Of a DNA stretch of 64,000 nucleotides, positions 59,757 to 64,000 are shown one piece after another (positions within the stretch are counted from its first letter, which is position 1; every line of letters begins with the position of its first letter). The notes under the pieces were generated by a model that had not been told where the DNA came from, searched no databases, and worked only from the letters and a program-made list of their open reading frames with translations. The DNA comes from Iphione sp. A-MEVVRFRX5 (taxonomy: Eukaryota): contig OZ320317.1 in the NCBI GenBank assembly GCA_976226885.1, forward strand, positions 36,084,001-36,148,000, read 5' to 3'. A program made the position numbers and the translations under genes.

Positions 59757-60402
59757 NNNNNNNNNNNNNNNNNNNNNNNNNNNNNNNNNNNNNNNNNNNN
59801 NNNNNNNNNNNNNNNNNNNNNNNNNNNNNNNNNNNNNNNNNNNNNNNNNNNNNNNNNNNNNNNNNNNNNNNNNNNNNNNNNNNNNNNNNNNNNNNNNNNN
59901 NNNNNNNNNNNNNNNNNNNNNNNNNNNNNNNNNNNNNNNNNNNNNNNNNNNNNNNNNNNNNNNNNNNNNNNNNNNNNNNNNNNNNNNNNNNNNNNNNNNN
60001 NNNNNNNNNNNNNNNNNNNNNNNNNNNNNNNNNNNNNNNNNNNNNNNNNNNNNNNNNNNNNNNNNNNNNNNNNNNNNNNNNNNNNNNNNNNNNNNNNNNN
60101 NNNNNNNNNNNNNNNNNNNNNNNNNNNNNNNNNNNNNNNNNNNNNNNNNNNNNNNNNNNNNNNNNNNNNNNNNNNNNNNNNNNNNNNNNNNNNNNNNNNN
60201 NNNNNNNNNNNNNNNNNNNNNNNNNNNNNNNNNNNNNNNNNNNNNNNNNNNNNNNNNNNNNNNNNNNNNNNNNNNNNNNNNNNNNNNNNNNNNNNNNNNN
60301 NNNNNNNNNNNNNNNNNNNNNNNNNNNNNNNNNNNNNNNNNNNNNNNNNNNNNNNNNNNNNNNNNNNNNNNNNNNNNNNNNNNNNNNNNNNNNNNNNNNN
60401 NN
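59757..60402. other. Assembly gap (646 N)
   Basis: Run of N. Confidence 1.
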
Positions 60403-60665
60403 TGGTGTATGAGGCGTGTGTGATGTACTTTTGAGTGTCGTATGTGCGGCATGTCTGTGTTGTTTGCATACGATGTGTGTGCGTGTGTAGTGTGTGAGGG
60501 GTTTTGGTGATGCGGGGGGATGTATGTATTGTGTGTGAATGGGATGTTTGATGTGTGTCGTCTGTGTTTATTGTGTTGTGTGAGGTGTTTGTTAGCGTGT
60601 GTGGTGTTTGCGGCATGTGTATGTGGTGCGTGTATGTGTGCGCGTGCATGCGTGTGTGCATGCGT
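60403..60665. repeat. Degenerate (TG)-rich simple repeat
   Basis: Read directly; source of H/T-rich spurious ORFs. Confidence 0.9.
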
Positions 60666-62897
60666 GCCCTAGCTGTTCTATAAGAAGTGAGTTAACACAT
60701 CTTTTGCCCTTTATCAGATGTATCCTTCTTAGAAGGCCCAGACTCTCAAAACGTCCTAGAGAGAAAGTCTGTCAGTTTAGCGCATAAAAGGGACCGCAGG
60801 TGCGACGGGTTCTAATAATGTGGAAGATCACTCCCAACAAATCCAAAATTAGCAGATAAAACGGCTCATTAAACAGATCTGCTGGGTTGTTCTACAGAAA
60901 GAGTACACATAAACAGTCAATTATCTTCTCTCAAGGATGCCAACTACCTCACCCGGTACAGCAATACAGTTTTTGATAGGAACCGTAAAAACTTACTAAA
61001 TACGTGTACGTGTTTTAAAAGGAGCACCACTCGCGAACGTGTCAGGTATTACCATTATCTACATTGTGTTTGTTAAATTTGTTCATATGTTAATCCTAGA
61101 TTTGATGCTCATGCTTGGTAGTTATACTTTGACCAACATGTCTCGTCCCGTATATAGCCTACACAAGGTAATATCTGTCCTTTTTTTTGTGTGGAGAGCG
61201 ACCCAGTGATGCTCCATTTGCCTTGTTTTCTCTGACACACGTTTAACCTGCTGTAGAATGGATGGAAAGCACGGAGTAAACAGCAGTGGGAAACTTCGTT
61301 ATGAGAGGCAATCGTTATGAGATGTCTCTATTCTTTTAGGGTATTTTTTCTGAATACGTTGAGAGAAAGTGGGCTGGGGCCACTAAGTCTGCCGAAAAAG
61401 CCAGTGTTATTGTATAAAGGAGCTTTTCGTTATCAGAGGCTTTCTTAAAAGAGGTATACCTGTAGAATACTGGGGTAATCCCGGCGTCTACGTCTTGCTG
61501 TGTCTGATAGCGGGGATTTATGTACGAGTACACCTGCTCTGCCATAAGCACCTGCAAAATATTGTGCCGGGCAGCCTCTCTGGTCAAAGTTTCATTTTTT
61601 TCTTAGGCTCATGGATTAAAGTCACTCATACTGAAGAGTATTCTGTCAAAAAAAACGTAGTAAAGACCTCTGTGTGCACAGAAAACCTACCCTCTTATGA
61701 CACATGGAATCAGTTGTCATTTCTCTGATCACTTGGCAACCATATGTTAATATGGGTTTGACAGAAAATAGTTATGTTCTTCGTTTAATGCATAATAAAG
61801 AGAAGTCTTAGGCATTTTATCAATGACGGATTGGTTCATTATGGTTCAGGGTAACTGGGTTTCACTCTTACGGAGTTACAGGCTTGTCTTTTCTGTTTAC
61901 TGTATTGAAATGTCATCAGCTGTTCCCTGCAAGGAGTAGGAAATACACAAAATAAAAGCAAAAAAAGAATCAAGAGTATTCTGCGCAGCCTGAGGAACCA
62001 ACCATAAGATATAGTTTTCCTTTTCAGCAAGCTACATGACAAGATGTGCAGTTTCAGCCGTTCTACTGGTTTCTGGTACAATATATTTGTGACTACCGTT
62101 CCATCTTCCCCAAGATTGCGATTGTTTACTACGAAGTTTATTTCCTTGGGTGGCCTTTGATCACATTCGTGATTTTGGAGAAGAGGGTTTTGACGATTTT
62201 AGGCCATCCAAAGAGAAGAAGTACGGGTAGTCTGCATGTCCGACCATATAGTATGTTCTGATTTCAGTGTAGTAAACCTGGTCATTACATTATAACTTCA
62301 TTGCTTTTATTCATAAACGACATTCGTGCCATACTACCACATTTTTAGCAATTCAAAACTGAGACAGCACCCTAGGCGTGTGTCACTACTAACTTGGCAT
62401 GGTATACGTACGAGTACCAGCACCCTGCGGTCGTTTGGTATTTATTCTATACATATATTGTACAGTGAAGTGTTTTAAATGCTTACTCCTACTTTGCATC
62501 GTACATGGAACCGCAATCTTGGATTTTTAAAGCGTATTTTATATACTTTTATTTATTGGAAACATGGAATAATTACCTAAAGCTATATTTTTGTAATAAC
62601 TATTGTTAACCGGTTTCAGAATTGATTTGATTATAATACTGCTAGGAACAGAAATAACTGACCGTGCATATCATAGGTGTATTCTACTGTGAACGCCATA
62701 GTGATGTATATTAATGGAACAATCGCCTGTTTTCGCAATTACGACGCAGAATGAACAACGACAATCGGTGTAATTGATAGAGAGCCTATGACCAGCAAAA
62801 CCTTACAAAACTTTCCGAACAAAAGTCCAAAATTTATACCAAATGTGCAGTTTTTTACATTCAAATGTACTGAAGTTGTGACAATCACGATGAGAGT

Positions 62898-63290
62898 AGA
62901 TGGGCTTGCCGTGCATTCCTTCCTATCCCCCACCCACCAGTCGGCATCTCTCAATCAGGACAGAGCACAACTGTAGATGGGCTCACTGCACATTCCTCAC
63001 TTCCTACCTCCCAGTCATCACATGTCAATCAGGAAGGAGGCAGATGGGCTTGCTGTGTATTCCTGGTTATCCTCCTCCAATCCAGTCATCAGTAGCAGTC
63101 AATCAGGACAAATGCAGATGAACTCACTGTGCATTCCTCACAGTCAGCAGCAGTCAATCAAGACAAATGCAGATGGACTCGCTACCTCCCAGTCATCACA
63201 TGTCAATCAGGAAGAATATGGATGAGCTTGCTGTGTATTCCTCCCTATCCACCTCCCATCCAGTCGTCAGCTGTCTACCTCAATCAGATA
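62898..63290 (+). repeat. Degenerate tandem repeat (AGATGGGCT...CAGTCATC...TCAATCAGGA, variable 40-75-bp units)
   Basis: About six recurrences of the AGATG(G/A)(G/A)CT and TCAATCA(G/A)GA anchors. Confidence 0.7.
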
Positions 63291-64000
63291 AGGTATTCTC
63301 TTACCAGGACATACCCTTTAACCCTACTGACAAGATGGTTCAAAGATCACAGAACTAACTTCATTATCAGCTCTGTTATACACCATATCCACTTGAGATT
63401 CAAAGTACAGAATTCAGTGAACTTAAAGGAAAACTCTCAGCCAACCCTCAAGTAGTGCCTTGTTTAGGGATTTTTGTTGGAATATGAAATATCAACAGAG
63501 CTGCAGTTCAATAAAGATCTACCGATTTGTCACTGCGTATATTGGAGATCCAACGACATGTCAGATCTCCACTCATAAGGGATATAATGGGTGCAATTTA
63601 TATACATGTACAATGGAATCGGCTTTGACACCGCTTTGTTTGACCTAAACGTGGAACTGGTACATACAAAGTACCACTGCATATTGGGACAGATTGGCCT
63701 CACGAGTCACATGATCACTAACAAAGGATGAGGAAAACGAAACAGAGAGCATGGTCATCTTCGATGATGAAGGACGAAGAAGAAGAAAAGAACTGGGACA
63801 GTACTGATACATGGGCAACCAGTGACCGTGACCAGTGGGCAACTTGACAAGTGTCTGAATGCTGAAATCACACACATCTGCTTTGTCTTTGGGTAGGCAT
63901 CTAGCTTCTTAGACATTATGTAAGATGAGTGGCTGACCGAAGTCATAGAAGAACTGCCACCTGACCTTATTCCAGCTGTGTTTCTTACTTTTGTACCCAA

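Noticed and set aside
1-64000. CRISPR array, rRNA or prokaryotic operons
   Set aside because: No repeat-spacer arrays or rRNA-like sequence; the window is spliceosomal-intron-containing eukaryotic DNA.

Overview
Eukaryotic (metazoan) genomic DNA from a gapped assembly; the intron style and repeat landscape suggest an invertebrate deuterostome such as amphioxus, which is an inference. Three layers are present. (1) A minus-strand SF3A3 (splicing factor 3a subunit 3/PRP9) gene: 13 coding exons were mapped from 55164 down to the stop at 237, all phases are consistent, the ATG exon was not found, and one intron spans about 44.7 kb (1770-46439). (2) Inside that intron, a ~12 kb/9.4 kb near-identical duplication bounded by N gaps (probably two haplotypes) that exposes empty versus filled sites of two Helentron-like elements and a hAT-like element, plus several MITEs. 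(3) Also inside the intron, an intact 9037-bp Ty3/Gypsy LTR retrotransposon (36440-45476) with identical 184-bp LTRs, an ATAT target-site duplication, a tRNA-Leu PBS, a PPT and a canonical -1 frameshift signal. The main discovery is in this element. Beyond integrase, the pol frame continues into a 739-aa ORF starting with two C2H2 zinc fingers whose recognition helices (RKANLIR, RRDDFRR) predict binding to 5'-GCGGAG-3'. That hexamer is clustered in both LTRs, in the first Gag codons, and 14 times around an internal CCAAT/TATA promoter whose first downstream ATG starts the zinc-finger ORF. This looks like a retrotransposon encoding its own sequence-specific transcription factor for its own promoters, reminiscent of the foamy-virus internal promoter/Tas circuit. 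It is a prediction from sequence and has not been tested.
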